Assembly (NCBI GenBank): GCA_014799765.1
Contig: JAAVHK010000136.1
Span: 1 to 60,328 of the forward strand
DNA from: Ruminococcus sp.
GTDB lineage: Bacteria > Bacillota > Clostridia > Oscillospirales > Ruminococcaceae
DNA length: 60,328 bases
Reading direction: 5' to 3'
Shown here: in pieces, positions 38,396 through 49,314 of the stretch
How positions within the stretch are numbered: position 1 is the first letter of the stretch
Layout: each line of letters starts with the position of its first letter
Translations under genes and position numbers: made by a program
The notes under the pieces: generated by a model
What the model saw: the letters and a program-made list of their open reading frames with translations, nothing else
Databases searched by the model: none
What the model was told of the DNA's origin: nothing

Positions 38396-39801
38396 TGGCT
38401 AAAAAAAGTATAACTAAACGTTGGATTGTAAATAATTTAGGCGTTGTGGTACTGGTTATGTTTGTACTTGACCTTGCTTTTATATATGCAATACAAAGTT
38501 ATTTCTACAGTTCGGCAAAACAGTATCTTATATCTAAAATAAACGCCGTTACAAGCGTTCTCAGTGTGTATTCACAGGACAATGCCGCAAATTTTTCCGC
38601 TGAAATGCGTAATATGCTGGAAACTTTCAACGAAAAGGACAAAATAGAACTCATGGCAATCAATTCCAAAGGACGTGTTGTTTTAACGTCTTCGGGATTC
38701 TCACCGGACGGAAATTTACTCATGCCCGATTACGAACAGGCTATGGCATCCGGTGAGGGCTATTACGTCGGAAAAATGCCCAGCGGTGAAAAAATTATGG
38801 CTGTCTCCGTACCGGTGAACTCTTTCAGCAGTGAATACAGTTCCGTGCGTATGGTCACATCTCTTACGGATATTGACCTTAACATAAAAACAAGCGGTAT
38901 CGCTGTAACAATAGTCTGTTTTGCGATTATACTTGTTGTAATAATAACAGGTCTTTATTTTACAAATTCCATAGTCAGACCCATACAGCAGATAAGTTCT
39001 ATAGCCCGAAAAATTGCTATCGGTGATTTTTCCGTGAGAATAAACAATAACAACAGTAATGACGAAATCGGCGATTTATGTACCGCTATAAACAATATGG
39101 CAGACGAACTTCTTAATGCGGAGGGTATGAAAAATGAATTTATATCTTCAGTTTCGCACGAATTAAGAACACCTCTCACGGCGATAAAAGGCTGGGCAGA
39201 AACTCTCATGATTGACGAAAATGCTAATCCTGAAACTGTCCGCAGAGGTGTAGGCGTTATTGTCAACGAAACTGAAAGGCTTTCGCAGATGGTTGAAGAA
39301 TTACTTGACTTTTCACGTATGCAGAGCGGTCATTTTACTTTACAGAAAGAAAATATGGATATACTTGCTGAACTCGGTGACGCTGTATGGATTTATGGTG
39401 AAAAAGCACGTCGGGAAAACATGAAGATTATCTACAATGACCCCGAAATGTTACCGTTTGTTTTCGGCGATAAAAACCGTATAAGACAGGTTTTCATAAA
39501 TATCATAGACAATGCTGTGAAATATTCTTCTGCCAGTGATACGATTACTATAAATGCTTCCGAATCGGACGGGAAAATTATAGTAACCGTATCCGATACC
39601 GGTTGCGGTATAAAGGAATCTGATTTATCGAAAGTCAAGACAAAGTTCTATAAAGCTAACCATACAAGACGTGGTTCAGGTATAGGGCTTGCGGTTGCAG
39701 ATGAGATTATCACCATGCACAGCGGAACTATGGATATTTCAAGTGCCGGTGAGGGTATGGGTACTACTGTTACTATCGTACTTCCGGCAAAAACACAATA
39801 G
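38395..39801 (+). CDS. HAMP-domain sensor histidine kinase
   Basis: Two TM helices, HAMP domain, VSHELRTPLT, NAVKY, DTGCG, GSGIGL. Confidence 0.95.
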   Translation: MAKKSITKRWIVNNLGVVVLVMFVLDLAFIYAIQSYFYSSAKQYLISKINAVTSVLSVYSQDNAANFSAEMRNMLETFNEKDKIELMAINSKGRVVLTSSGFSPDGNLLMPDYEQAMASGEGYYVGKMPSGEKIMAVSVPVNSFSSEYSSVRMVTSLTDIDLNIKTSGIAVTIVCFAIILVVIITGLYFTNSIVRPIQQISSIARKIAIGDFSVRINNNNSNDEIGDLCTAINNMADELLNAEGMKNEFISSVSHELRTPLTAIKGWAETLMIDENANPETVRRGVGVIVNETERLSQMVEELLDFSRMQSGHFTLQKENMDILAELGDAVWIYGEKARRENMKIIYNDPEMLPFVFGDKNRIRQVFINIIDNAVKYSSASDTITINASESDGKIIVTVSDTGCGIKESDLSKVKTKFYKANHTRRGSGIGLAVADEIITMHSGTMDISSAGEGMGTTVTIVLPAKTQ

Positions 39802-39814
39802 GAGATAGATATTT

Positions 39815-40732
39815 ATGGCAAAAAATCAATCCAATGAAAAATTCAAGTCCAAAATAGGCGGACAGGCTCTTATAGAGGGCATAATGATGTTAGGTCCGAA
39901 TAAGGGGGCTATGGCGTGTCGATTGCCTGACGGTTCTGTTGACCTCGAAACATGGGACGAAAACAATGGTAAAAACGCTCCGTGGTACAAAAAAACGCCT
40001 CTTGTAAGAGGTTGCGTAAATTTTGTGGAATCCATGATAAGAGGCTACAAATATATGATGAAATCCGCTGAAAAACAGCTCACCGAAGAGGAAAAGGCAG
40101 AAGAAAATTCCGGTATATTCGATATAGTAATGTATATCGGAATGCTTATCGGTATAGTTATGGCAGTAGGTCTTTTCATGTTTCTTCCGAAGTGGATAGT
40201 CGGATTATTTTCAGGTATCGCCGAAAAAAGAATAATACGCTCCATACTGGAGGGTGTCGTTAAAATAGTGATATTTGTCGGATATATGGCACTCGTAAGC
40301 CTTATGAAAGACATCAGGCGACAATATGAATATCACGGTGCGGAACACAAAACTATAGCGTGTCATGAAGCTGAATTACCGTTGACTGTCGAAAACGTCC
40401 GGAAACAGTCACGATTTCATAAAAGATGCGGTACGAGTTTTATATTTATCGTACTTATAATAAGTATACTGGTTATGTGCCTTGTACCATTTACTGTCAC
40501 GTGGCAGAGAATAGTAGCTTCATTGGTATTGTTGCCTTTCATAGTGGGTATATCTTACGAATGCATACGTCTTGCCGGAAATCATGACAATGTTTTTACA
40601 AGGATATTATCTGCCCCCGGACTTGCTATGCAACGCATAACTACCCGTGAACCCGACGACAGTATGATTGAAATCGCTATAACCGCTCTTAAAGAATGTA
40701 TTCCGGAAGATAAATCGGAGGACAAATGGTAA
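39815..40732 (+). CDS. DUF1385 membrane protein
   Basis: GGQALIEG, YHGAEHK, RCGTSF, TTREP. Confidence 0.9.
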   Translation: MAKNQSNEKFKSKIGGQALIEGIMMLGPNKGAMACRLPDGSVDLETWDENNGKNAPWYKKTPLVRGCVNFVESMIRGYKYMMKSAEKQLTEEEKAEENSGIFDIVMYIGMLIGIVMAVGLFMFLPKWIVGLFSGIAEKRIIRSILEGVVKIVIFVGYMALVSLMKDIRRQYEYHGAEHKTIACHEAELPLTVENVRKQSRFHKRCGTSFIFIVLIISILVMCLVPFTVTWQRIVASLVLLPFIVGISYECIRLAGNHDNVFTRILSAPGLAMQRITTREPDDSMIEIAITALKECIPEDKSEDKW

Positions 40733-41538
40733 ATAATAAATTTTTCCGTGAATGCGTTTCTATTATGGCGGAAAATGGTATAGAATCCGCATATTTTGAT
40801 ACCAAATGCATTTTTGAAGATTTTCCGCACGCTGACCGTAAAGAAATTCTCAGTATGGTGGAAAAACGTTCCGCCGGTTATCCGTTACAGTATATTCTCG
40901 GCACGTGGGAATTTTACGGTTATAAAATGACTGTCAATGAAAATGTACTGATACCACGTCCGGAAACTGAACTACTTATTGAAAATGTAATAAGTCTGTG
41001 CAGAAAAAATAATATAATCCGTCCGGTTATAGCCGATTTGTGTTCCGGAAGCGGTTGTATTGCAATTGCTCTTGATAAGGAAATACCCGAATCAGAAGTA
41101 ACCGCCGTTGAAATTTCCGGAAAGGCAGTTGAAGTAATCCGGAAAAATGCTGAAATAAACCATTCTGACATTGACATATTCTGTGCGGACGTCCTCAGAA
41201 ATGAAACCGCTGAAATATTTTCCGGAATTGATATAATAGTTTCAAATCCGCCGTATCTCACCACAGAAGAAATGAACGTCCTACAGAAAGAAGTTACTTT
41301 TGAACCGGTGACGGCTCTTTATGGTGGTGCGGACGGTCTCGACTTCTACAGAAAAATGATTCCGTTATGGAAAAAATCACTTAAAAACGGTGGTTACATA
41401 ATGTTTGAGTTCGGCGACGGTCAACATGAAGAAGTCGGGAATATTCTTGAACATAATGATTTTCATAATATAACATTCAGCCGTGACCTACAGAAAATTA
41501 TAAGGTCTGTTACGGCTCAGAAACAGGAGGTTTTATAA
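40726..41538 (+). CDS. prmC: Release factor glutamine methyltransferase
   Basis: [27 protein letters not shown]. Confidence 0.94.
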   Translation: MVNNKFFRECVSIMAENGIESAYFDTKCIFEDFPHADRKEILSMVEKRSAGYPLQYILGTWEFYGYKMTVNENVLIPRPETELLIENVISLCRKNNIIRPVIADLCSGSGCIAIALDKEIPESEVTAVEISGKAVEVIRKNAEINHSDIDIFCADVLRNETAEIFSGIDIIVSNPPYLTTEEMNVLQKEVTFEPVTALYGGADGLDFYRKMIPLWKKSLKNGGYIMFEFGDGQHEEVGNILEHNDFHNITFSRDLQKIIRSVTAQKQEVL

Positions 41539-42683
41539 TGGCTAAAAAGGAACTCGCTAAAAAAACACCGGTTGTACGCAATACAACCAAGGACGACAAG
41601 AAACTTGCTCTCGAAAACGCTTTAAAGCAGATTGAAAAGAAATACGGAGCAGGGGCGGTAATGCGTCTCGGACAGACCGAAACCCTTAACGTCGACGCTA
41701 TCCCGACAGGCTCTATGCGTCTTGATATGGCACTCGGCATAGGTGGTGTACCTAAGGGACGTATCGTTGAAATATATGGTCCGGAAAGTTCCGGTAAAAC
41801 TACCGTTGCATTGTCCGTAATCTCGCAGGCACAGAAACTCGGTGGCGATGCGGCTTTTATCGACGTCGAACACGCTCTTGACCCTAATTACGCTAAGGCA
41901 CTCGGAGTAAATACCGACGATTTACTTGTTTCGCAACCCGACAGCGGTGAACAGGCTCTTGAAATCGCAGAAGCTCTTATACGTTCCGGTGCGATTGACG
42001 TTATTGTTATTGACTCCATAGCCGCTATGACTACCCGTGCGGAAATTGATGGCGATATGGGCGATTTACACGTAGGACAGCTTGCAAGGCTTATGTCACA
42101 GGCTATGCGGAAACTTACCGGTGCTATTTCCAAATCAAATTGTGTAGCTATTTTCATAAATCAGATTCGTGAAAAAATAGGCGTTATGTATGGTAATCCC
42201 GAAACTACCCCCGGCGGACGAGCCTTGAAATTCTATGCATCTGTCCGTATCGAAGTAAGAAAAGGCGAGGTTATCAAGAATAACGGCGAAATTATCGGAG
42301 CTTCCACAAGATGTAAGGTTGTAAAGAATAAAGTCGCTCCGCCGTTCAAAGAAGCTACTTTCGATATGATGTATGGTCAGGGTATTTCACGTGTAGGAGA
42401 AGTCCTCGATATTGCCGTTGAACTCGACGTTATCAAGAAAGGCGGTTCGTGGTTCAGCTATGAAGAACAGAAACTCGGTCAGGGACGTGACAATGTTAAG
42501 GAATTACTTAAAAATAATCCGGAACTTATGAAAGAAATTGAAGGAAAAATACTCACACGTCTGGAAGAACTTAAAAACTCCGCCGATACCGCCGAAAATC
42601 CCGAAGATGTTTCCGCTGATACTGAGGAAATTATTGACGATATTGAAGAGGATTTTGAAGAATTTACACCCGCTGAAGAATAA
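41538..42683 (+). CDS. recA: Recombinase A
   Basis: [38 protein letters not shown]; acidic tail. Confidence 0.98.
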   Translation: MAKKELAKKTPVVRNTTKDDKKLALENALKQIEKKYGAGAVMRLGQTETLNVDAIPTGSMRLDMALGIGGVPKGRIVEIYGPESSGKTTVALSVISQAQKLGGDAAFIDVEHALDPNYAKALGVNTDDLLVSQPDSGEQALEIAEALIRSGAIDVIVIDSIAAMTTRAEIDGDMGDLHVGQLARLMSQAMRKLTGAISKSNCVAIFINQIREKIGVMYGNPETTPGGRALKFYASVRIEVRKGEVIKNNGEIIGASTRCKVVKNKVAPPFKEATFDMMYGQGISRVGEVLDIAVELDVIKKGGSWFSYEEQKLGQGRDNVKELLKNNPELMKEIEGKILTRLEELKNSADTAENPEDVSADTEEIIDDIEEDFEEFTPAEE

Positions 42684-43309
42684 TGAAAATAATTTCTGTA
42701 AAAGTTTACAAGGGTACTACCTTTGAAGTAGAGACAGACGACGATAAAAAAATCTATCTCCATGCAGATATAATAGCGGATTTTGGTGTGCGTGAGGGTC
42801 AGGAACTTTCACGCCCTGAACTCCGTAAAATAATATACGCCTCAAATTTTCGTCGGGCTTATCAGTATTCGCTTTACTGTCTCGATTACAGGGACTATTC
42901 CGCTAAAGAAATGTGCGATAAACTGGTTAAAACTTATAAAAATCAGAATTTATGTCAGGCAGTCGTGCGGAAACTCGAAGAAGCCGGAATTATCAACGAC
43001 GAACGTTATGCCGAAAAACTGGCATTCCGGTACGTCGGGGGCAGAAAATACGGTTATCGTCGTGCAAAACGTGAAATTATGCTGAAAGGTATCGGCGAAT
43101 ACATTGCGGAAGATGCTTTACAGATTTATACGGAAAAATTTCCGGAAAATCTGGCTTATTTACTGAAAACAAAATACGTCCGTCTGCTTGCGGACAGAAA
43201 TGACAGAAAATCTATAGAAAAAGTAAGGAACTCACTTGTAAGATACGGTTACAGTTATGAGGAAATAAATAATTCCGTAAGTGATTACCTTGATTGTCAG
43301 GAGGATTAA
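42683..43309 (+). CDS. recX: Regulatory protein RecX
   Basis: Follows recA; YRDYSAKE, INDERYA, LVRYGYSY. Confidence 0.9.
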   Translation: MKIISVKVYKGTTFEVETDDDKKIYLHADIIADFGVREGQELSRPELRKIIYASNFRRAYQYSLYCLDYRDYSAKEMCDKLVKTYKNQNLCQAVVRKLEEAGIINDERYAEKLAFRYVGGRKYGYRRAKREIMLKGIGEYIAEDALQIYTEKFPENLAYLLKTKYVRLLADRNDRKSIEKVRNSLVRYGYSYEEINNSVSDYLDCQED

Positions 43310-43314
43310 TAATT

Positions 43315-44643
43315 ATGCCGGTTAAAGTCGGAATGGTATCGTTAGGCTGTTCAAAAAATTTAGTTGATTCAGAACGTATGTTATATAAACTTAAAAGTCA
43401 CGGTTATAAACTGGTAACAGAACCAGGGCTTTCGGATATTGCAGTTGTGAATACCTGCGGTTTTATACAGTCCGCAAAAGAGGAGGCTATCGAGACTATT
43501 CTCGAACTGGCTAAACTCAAAGAAGAGGGTACTATCAAAAAAATAGTAATTACAGGCTGTCTCACGGAGCGTTACAAGGAAGAAACCGCTGAACTGTTTC
43601 CGGAAGCTGATGCTGTCATAGGTATGGGCAACAACAAGGACATTGTCGACGTCCTTGACCACGTCATGAAAGGCGAAAGATATATCAATTTTGCCCCTAA
43701 ACTCGATGCGGAACTCACAGGCGAAAGAATTATTTCAACACTGCCGTTTTTTGCGTATCTCAAAGTTGCTGAGGGCTGTTCAAACTGCTGTACTTACTGT
43801 GCTATTCCGCAAATCAGAGGAAAATTCCGTAGCGTACCTATGGAAGATGTCATAAAAGAAGCCGAATGGTTAGCGGAAAACGGTGTCACAGAACTGGTAG
43901 TAATCGCACAGGATACATCACGCTATGGCGAGGACTTATACGGTAAATCAGAATTACCGGAACTTCTCCGCCGTCTGTGCAGAATTGACGGTATTCACTG
44001 GATACGCACATTATATTGTTATCCGGAAAGAATCACCGACGAATTACTTGACACTATTGCAAGCGAAGAAAAACTCGTAAAATATCTTGAAATCCCGATA
44101 CAACATTGTAACGGTGAAATCCTCGGTAAAATGAACCGGTGGGGAAATCGTGAAAGCCTTGAAAATCTTTTCGCACACATAAGAAACAAAATTCCTGATG
44201 TTATTCTGCGTACTACTCTTATAACCGGCTTCCCGTCGGAAACTGAAGAACAATTTACAGAACTGTCGGAATTTGTACAGAAAATCCGCTTTGACAGATT
44301 GGGTTGTTTCGCCTACTCACAGGAAGAGGGTACAAAAGCGTCTGAATTTGAAAACCAGATTGAAGAAGAAGTTAAAAATCACCGTGCAGATGTCATTATG
44401 GAACAGCAGTTATTGATAAGTGCTGAAAATAATCAGAAATTTATGGGAAAAATTTTTGAAACAGTTGTTGAAGGTTTTGACCGTCTTGCTGAATGCTGGT
44501 TCGGACGTACTGCTATGGACGCCCCCGACATTGACGGTAAAATTTTCTTTACATCTGAAAAACCTGTTTCTGTTGGTGAGTACGTGAATGTGAAAATTAC
44601 TGATACACTTGATTATGACTTAATCGGAGAGGTGATAATTTAA
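43315..44643 (+). CDS. rimO: Ribosomal protein S12 methylthiotransferase
   Basis: SLGCSKNLVDSE, NTCGFI, CSNCCTYC radical SAM motif, APDIDG TRAM region. Confidence 0.95.
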   Translation: MPVKVGMVSLGCSKNLVDSERMLYKLKSHGYKLVTEPGLSDIAVVNTCGFIQSAKEEAIETILELAKLKEEGTIKKIVITGCLTERYKEETAELFPEADAVIGMGNNKDIVDVLDHVMKGERYINFAPKLDAELTGERIISTLPFFAYLKVAEGCSNCCTYCAIPQIRGKFRSVPMEDVIKEAEWLAENGVTELVVIAQDTSRYGEDLYGKSELPELLRRLCRIDGIHWIRTLYCYPERITDELLDTIASEEKLVKYLEIPIQHCNGEILGKMNRWGNRESLENLFAHIRNKIPDVILRTTLITGFPSETEEQFTELSEFVQKIRFDRLGCFAYSQEEGTKASEFENQIEEEVKNHRADVIMEQQLLISAENNQKFMGKIFETVVEGFDRLAECWFGRTAMDAPDIDGKIFFTSEKPVSVGEYVNVKITDTLDYDLIGEVII

Positions 44644-45227
44644 TGAATCTTCCAAACAGGCTTACATTACTGAGAGTTTTTCTTATACCGTTTTTTTTGC
44701 TTTTCATGTACTGGAAAATTTCTTTTCATTATCTTATAGCACTGGTTATTTTTGCCGGAGCGTCCATAACTGACGCTCTCGACGGAAAAATAGCAAGAAA
44801 ACATAATCTTGTAACCAATTTCGGAAAATTTCTTGACCCTCTTGCAGACAAGGTACTTGTTATATCTGCCCTGACGGTTTTTGTTGAAATTCCGGAAATA
44901 AAAATGGGTGCAGTACCGCTTATTATAATAAGTGCAAGGGAATTTATGGTTTCCGGACTGAGACTTCTTGCGGCGGACAGCGGAATAGTAGTCGCCGCTG
45001 GTATATGGGGAAAACTCAAGACGGCATTTACTATGGTGTCTGTAGTGGTGGCACTGGTATGGTTGAGTGTATGTAATGATTTTGATTTCAGCATTTCTGA
45101 CAGCTTACAGAATGCAGTTGACAGTATAATTATTCCGGTTCTGATATGGATTTCAACGGCATTGACTGTTATTTCAGGTGGTGTTTATCTTAAAGGTTAC
45201 TGGCACCTTATTGATTCCGACAAATAA
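44643..45227 (+). CDS. pgsA: CDP-diacylglycerol--glycerol-3-phosphate phosphatidyltransferase
   Basis: NLPN.LT..R, DALDG.IAR, GKFLDPLADK. Confidence 0.95.
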   Translation: MNLPNRLTLLRVFLIPFFLLFMYWKISFHYLIALVIFAGASITDALDGKIARKHNLVTNFGKFLDPLADKVLVISALTVFVEIPEIKMGAVPLIIISAREFMVSGLRLLAADSGIVVAAGIWGKLKTAFTMVSVVVALVWLSVCNDFDFSISDSLQNAVDSIIIPVLIWISTALTVISGGVYLKGYWHLIDSDK

Positions 45228-45239
45228 AGGAGGGTTTAA

Positions 45240-45623
45240 ATGAAACACTGTGCAGGACATATAAAATATCTTATCGCTATTAAAGAACTTTCCGAAGTTG
45301 ACGAATATGTACGGAGCGTGAGTATTGCGAGACATTTAGGTGTATCACGTCCGAGTGTAAGCAAGATGTTACGCTGTATGGCTAACTGCGGACTTGTCTA
45401 TGAAGATTTCTGTAACAGCGTTGTACTTACGGCAGACGGCGAAAAAGCTGTCAGGGAAATATTTTCAAATTTCAATGAAGTATATATGTTTTTCCATAAT
45501 TTTCTTAAACTTCCTCAGGAAGAAGCACACGCACACGCCGTAAGGTTTGTGACGGAATTTCCAAATGATACCTGTGAACGTCTTAAAGGTATCGTTAAAA
45601 GGACCATCAAGAAAAAAGTATAA
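45240..45623 (+). CDS. DtxR/MntR-like winged-HTH regulator
   Basis: YL.AI, IARHLGVSRPSVSKM, LTADG. Confidence 0.8.
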   Translation: MKHCAGHIKYLIAIKELSEVDEYVRSVSIARHLGVSRPSVSKMLRCMANCGLVYEDFCNSVVLTADGEKAVREIFSNFNEVYMFFHNFLKLPQEEAHAHAVRFVTEFPNDTCERLKGIVKRTIKKKV

Positions 45624-45629
45624 TTTCAG

Positions 45630-45655
45630 AAGCCGGATTTCTTCCGGCTTTTTTT
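45630..45655 (+). terminator. Rho-independent terminator
   Basis: AAGCCGGA-TTTCT-TCCGGCTT plus T-run. Confidence 0.85.
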
Positions 45656-45784
45656 GTATCCGGCGTGTTAAATTTCCGGCGATAAACCGGTACGCAAAGA
45701 ATATTTGCGTCAGATGTAAAAGGTTTGTTGCTTTACTTTTCAGGGATTCCGGTTTATAATAATCTCACAAGGAGGTGAATTTCT

Positions 45785-46507
45785 ATGAACATAGGTAAAT
45801 CAATACGGCAGATACGGATTGAAAACAATATGTCACAGGAGGATTTTGCAGAAATATTTTTCGTTACAAGACAGACTGTCTCAAACTGGGAAAACAGTAA
45901 AAGCTATCCGGATCTGAATACTATTGTAAAAATAAGTGACCGCTTCGGCGTATCGCTGGACAGGCTTTTAAGGGAAGATGCGGAAATGGTAAATGAAATT
46001 TCAGAAAAAACAGCAGTAGGCATAAAATGGAGCAGGTTTAAACGCACAGTATTTATAGTTATTTCAGTAATAATTATATGTTTGCTTATAACTCTTTCTG
46101 TATATGGTATCATATGGGTATCACGGAAAAACAGTCTTGAAAAAAATTTCAGTCAGAACATATATTCACTCGGATTTTCCGAAAGTTCGGAACGTTATTA
46201 TATTTTACGGAAAAATAACATAACATACGTACTGCCACATCAGGAAATGCCGTCATTCTGGGATTTTTCAACAGATTTCCATGCAAAATTCCTTGATTGC
46301 AGTTATCAGGAAAATGAATATACTTTCAGTGTGAGATTCTCCGATAGTGAAAACTGTTCGCTTATGGTTACCGACGGAAACGGTGAGGATTATTACGGCA
46401 ATATTGACGGTTCGGGACTGCCGGAAAATATCCGTAATGAATATAATCCGGAAATGATTGAAAAAATTATCAGGGACGGCAGAAATATATATAATCGTGT
46501 ATATTGA
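45785..46507 (+). CDS. XRE-family HTH protein with TM helix and C-terminal extracellular domain
   Basis: SQEDFA..VTRQTVSNWEN.KSYPD; hydrophobic segment at aa ~89-112; GGAGGTG RBS. Confidence 0.85.
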   Translation: MNIGKSIRQIRIENNMSQEDFAEIFFVTRQTVSNWENSKSYPDLNTIVKISDRFGVSLDRLLREDAEMVNEISEKTAVGIKWSRFKRTVFIVISVIIICLLITLSVYGIIWVSRKNSLEKNFSQNIYSLGFSESSERYYILRKNNITYVLPHQEMPSFWDFSTDFHAKFLDCSYQENEYTFSVRFSDSENCSLMVTDGNGEDYYGNIDGSGLPENIRNEYNPEMIEKIIRDGRNIYNRVY

Positions 46508-46535
46508 AAAAGGACGGCTTAAACCGTCCTTTTTT
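46507..46535. terminator. Bidirectional terminator
   Basis: AAAAAGGACGG-CTTAAA-CCGTCCTTTTTT. Confidence 0.85.
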
Positions 46536-47137
46536 TACATATCGTTTCTGTTTTCGAGTGCCTTATATAAAGTTACTTCGTCGGCGTATTCGAGATTAGC
46601 GCCCACCGGTAAGCCGAATGCAAGCCTTGTTACCTTCACGCCTAACGGTTTGAGAAGTCCGGCTATATACATAGCAGTAGTATCGCCCTCGACAGTCGGA
46701 TTTGTTGCCATTATTACTTCGTTGGTTTTTCCGTCTGAAATTCTTGCAATGAGTTCCTTTATGTGTATCTTGTCGGGGGTTATATTGTCTAACGGTGAAA
46801 TAAGTCCGTGAAGTACGTGATACACACCATGATATTCCCTTGTACGCTCGAAAGCCGTTACATCTCTCGGGGCTTCCACGACACATATTATATTTTTGTC
46901 ACGTCCGTCGGAAGAGCATATAGGACATATTTCACGTTCCGTAAGATTCATACAGCATTTACATCTGTGTACGGTTTTTTTGGCATTTACAAGAGCCGTC
47001 GCAAAATCTTCCACATCTTTTTCGGTCATTGACATAACGTAATATGCCAGTCGCTGAGCTGTTTTCATGCCTATTCCTGGGAGTGAGGCGAACTTTTCGG
47101 CAAGTATTATCAGCGGTAAGGCGTTATGGTCAGCCAT
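46535..47137 (-). CDS. recR: Recombination mediator RecR
   Basis: LPGIG.KTAQRLA, C4 zinc finger, YHVLHG.ISP, ATNPTVEG. Confidence 0.96.
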   Translation of the reverse strand: MADHNALPLIILAEKFASLPGIGMKTAQRLAYYVMSMTEKDVEDFATALVNAKKTVHRCKCCMNLTEREICPICSSDGRDKNIICVVEAPRDVTAFERTREYHGVYHVLHGLISPLDNITPDKIHIKELIARISDGKTNEVIMATNPTVEGDTTAMYIAGLLKPLGVKVTRLAFGLPVGANLEYADEVTLYKALENRNDM

Positions 47138-47484
47138 CAGAAAAGACCAGGTATTGAAACACCACCGGTAATCTTGCTCATTTCAGCTTCGGTAGTTGTT
47201 TCGACGTTGTTTACAGCCTCGTTGACAGCACTTATAATTAAATCCTGTAACATATCAATATCTTCAGGGTCAACGACTTCCGGACTGATATTCAGTGATT
47301 TTATAGTTTTCTTGCCGGTGATAACGACTTCAACAGCACCGCCACCGACTACAGCGGAAAATTCCCTTTCTTCGATGTCTTCCTGTAATTCAGTAATCTG
47401 GTCCTGCATTTTCTGAGCCTGTTTAATCATCTGATTCATGTTCTGAGCGTTTCCGCCTGCATTTTTCGGGATTCTTGCTTTCAT
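47137..47484 (-). CDS. ybaB: YbaB/EbfC nucleoid-associated protein
   Basis: KQAQKMQ, GGGAV, DPEDIDMLQDLI..A.NEA. Confidence 0.93.
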   Translation of the reverse strand: MKARIPKNAGGNAQNMNQMIKQAQKMQDQITELQEDIEEREFSAVVGGGAVEVVITGKKTIKSLNISPEVVDPEDIDMLQDLIISAVNEAVNNVETTTEAEMSKITGGVSIPGLF

Positions 47485-47508
47485 TTCTTTTACTCCTTTG
47501 ATAAAAAA

Positions 47509-49119
47509 TTATTGGTTATTGTCGGCAACAGTTTCAATGTGTAACTCATTGGCTTTTTGCAGAAGCATTTCTGCCATATTTTTCTGTTGTTCGATAGTTG
47601 TTGTACATTTTGCCCTTATGGCGTATCGCTGACCAAGAATTTTATTTATGACGTTTCCGAGAACTACAGCATTTTCCTTTTTATTCTTGAAAAGCGTTAT
47701 AAAAAGACGGTTTACGGCATCTATAAATATAACATTTCCGGCGGTTGTAGCGGAAGAGCCGACGAGTACACCGGCGAGGTCAGGTTTAGCTTTTTGCAGT
47801 TCTTCTATAATTTCGTCCCAGCGTGAACACGGTATCATATCTTCAGGTCTGAGGGATTTTATATCCACATTTGCGACAGGTTCAGATTCACGTACAGGGC
47901 TGTCAGCGGTAAGGACTTCCGGCGGAGAAGGTACAGAACGCTGAAAATTTCCGGCAGAAACGGAGTTCAGTTTATTCTCCAACTGTTTTATTTTATCATA
48001 AATTTCAGAATTGTCAATAGTTTCCGGAGAATTATTTTTATTTCCGCATAATTTTATCAACGTCATTTCAAATTCAACACGCCTGTTCATTACATGGGAC
48101 ATATTTTCCCGACATTTCTGCAATGCCGAAAGCTGAAACATTATATCTTCTGTAGTGGAATTTCCGGCAAGCGATTTGAGTTTTTCGAGTTCTTCGGGCA
48201 TACATACAATAAGGGCGTCTGCGGTCTGTGGCGATACCTGAATAAGCATAATATTTCTTAACTGTGTTATGAGTTCTTCGCACAGGCGTATGAGGTCTTT
48301 GGACATATCGTAAAGACTTCCTGTTACAGAAAGTGCTTTTGCGGTATCTTTGACGGATAATGCGTCAAGAATTTCGTATAAATATTCACGTCCGGCGATA
48401 CCGGCGGTATTGGAAACGGTTTCGGCGTTGATTACTTCGGCACATACTGAACACTGGTCAAGCAGTGAAACAGCGTCACGCATACCACCGTCAGCGAGTT
48501 TCGCAATAAGTGAAGCACCGTCGGAAGTTAGGTTAAGTTCTTCCTGTCCGGCTATATATCTGAGACGTATGGCTATATCCTGCGGACGTATTCTTCTGAA
48601 ATCGTACCGCTGACAGCGTGAGGCGATAGTTGCCGGTACTTTGTGGATTTCCGTTGTAGCAAGTATGAACATAACATATGCCGGAGGCTCTTCCATTATC
48701 TTGAGAAGTGCATTGAACGCACTTGTTGATAACATATGAACTTCGTCAATGATATAAATTTTATATGAACATCTTTCCGGAGTATATACAGCACCGTCAC
48801 GGAGGTCTCGAATGTCGTCGACACCATTATTTGAAGCGGCATCTATTTCTACAATATCGGTCAGAGAACCGTTATCGGCATCATGGCATATATCGCATAC
48901 AAGACAAGGTTTACCGTCTTTCTGATTCGGACAGTTTACGGCTTTTGCGAGGATTCTTGCACAGGTAGTCTTGCCAGTACCACGTGAGCCTGTAAAAAGA
49001 TAAGCGTGTGCTGTTTTACCGCTTGTAATCTGATTTTTAAGGGTATCAGTTATATGTTGCTGTGAGATTACGTCATCAAATGTCATAGGTCGCCACTTGC
49101 GGTAAAGTGCCTTATACAC
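47509..49119 (-). CDS. dnaX: DNA polymerase III subunit gamma/tau
   Basis: GTG start, ALYRKWRP, GSRGTGKTT, EIDAASN, IIDEVHML, SRCQ. Confidence 0.96.
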   Translation of the reverse strand: MYKALYRKWRPMTFDDVISQQHITDTLKNQITSGKTAHAYLFTGSRGTGKTTCARILAKAVNCPNQKDGKPCLVCDICHDADNGSLTDIVEIDAASNNGVDDIRDLRDGAVYTPERCSYKIYIIDEVHMLSTSAFNALLKIMEEPPAYVMFILATTEIHKVPATIASRCQRYDFRRIRPQDIAIRLRYIAGQEELNLTSDGASLIAKLADGGMRDAVSLLDQCSVCAEVINAETVSNTAGIAGREYLYEILDALSVKDTAKALSVTGSLYDMSKDLIRLCEELITQLRNIMLIQVSPQTADALIVCMPEELEKLKSLAGNSTTEDIMFQLSALQKCRENMSHVMNRRVEFEMTLIKLCGNKNNSPETIDNSEIYDKIKQLENKLNSVSAGNFQRSVPSPPEVLTADSPVRESEPVANVDIKSLRPEDMIPCSRWDEIIEELQKAKPDLAGVLVGSSATTAGNVIFIDAVNRLFITLFKNKKENAVVLGNVINKILGQRYAIRAKCTTTIEQQKNMAEMLLQKANELHIETVADNNQ

Positions 49120-49148
49120 CGGAAACACTTCCTTTCTTCTGCAAAAAA

Positions 49149-49274
49149 TTCCGGAGCATAGATGTGCAGGCTTACTGCGGCACACAAAACAATCCGCTTA
49201 ATGCTGCTCGGTCTCCCGCCTGACATGGTTCACGGGGTCTTGTTGCACAGGGCCCACACATCTATATTCCGGAA
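49149..49274 (-). ncRNA. ffs: Signal recognition particle RNA (small, 4.5S-type)
   Basis: Minus strand GTCAGG-CGG-GAGA-CCG-AGCAGC domain IV motif inside a long closing helix; conserved position upstream of dnaX. Confidence 0.88.
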
Positions 49275-49314
49275 TCAATCCCTGAATCAGAGCTGTTGCA
49301 ATGCTCTGTATGAT

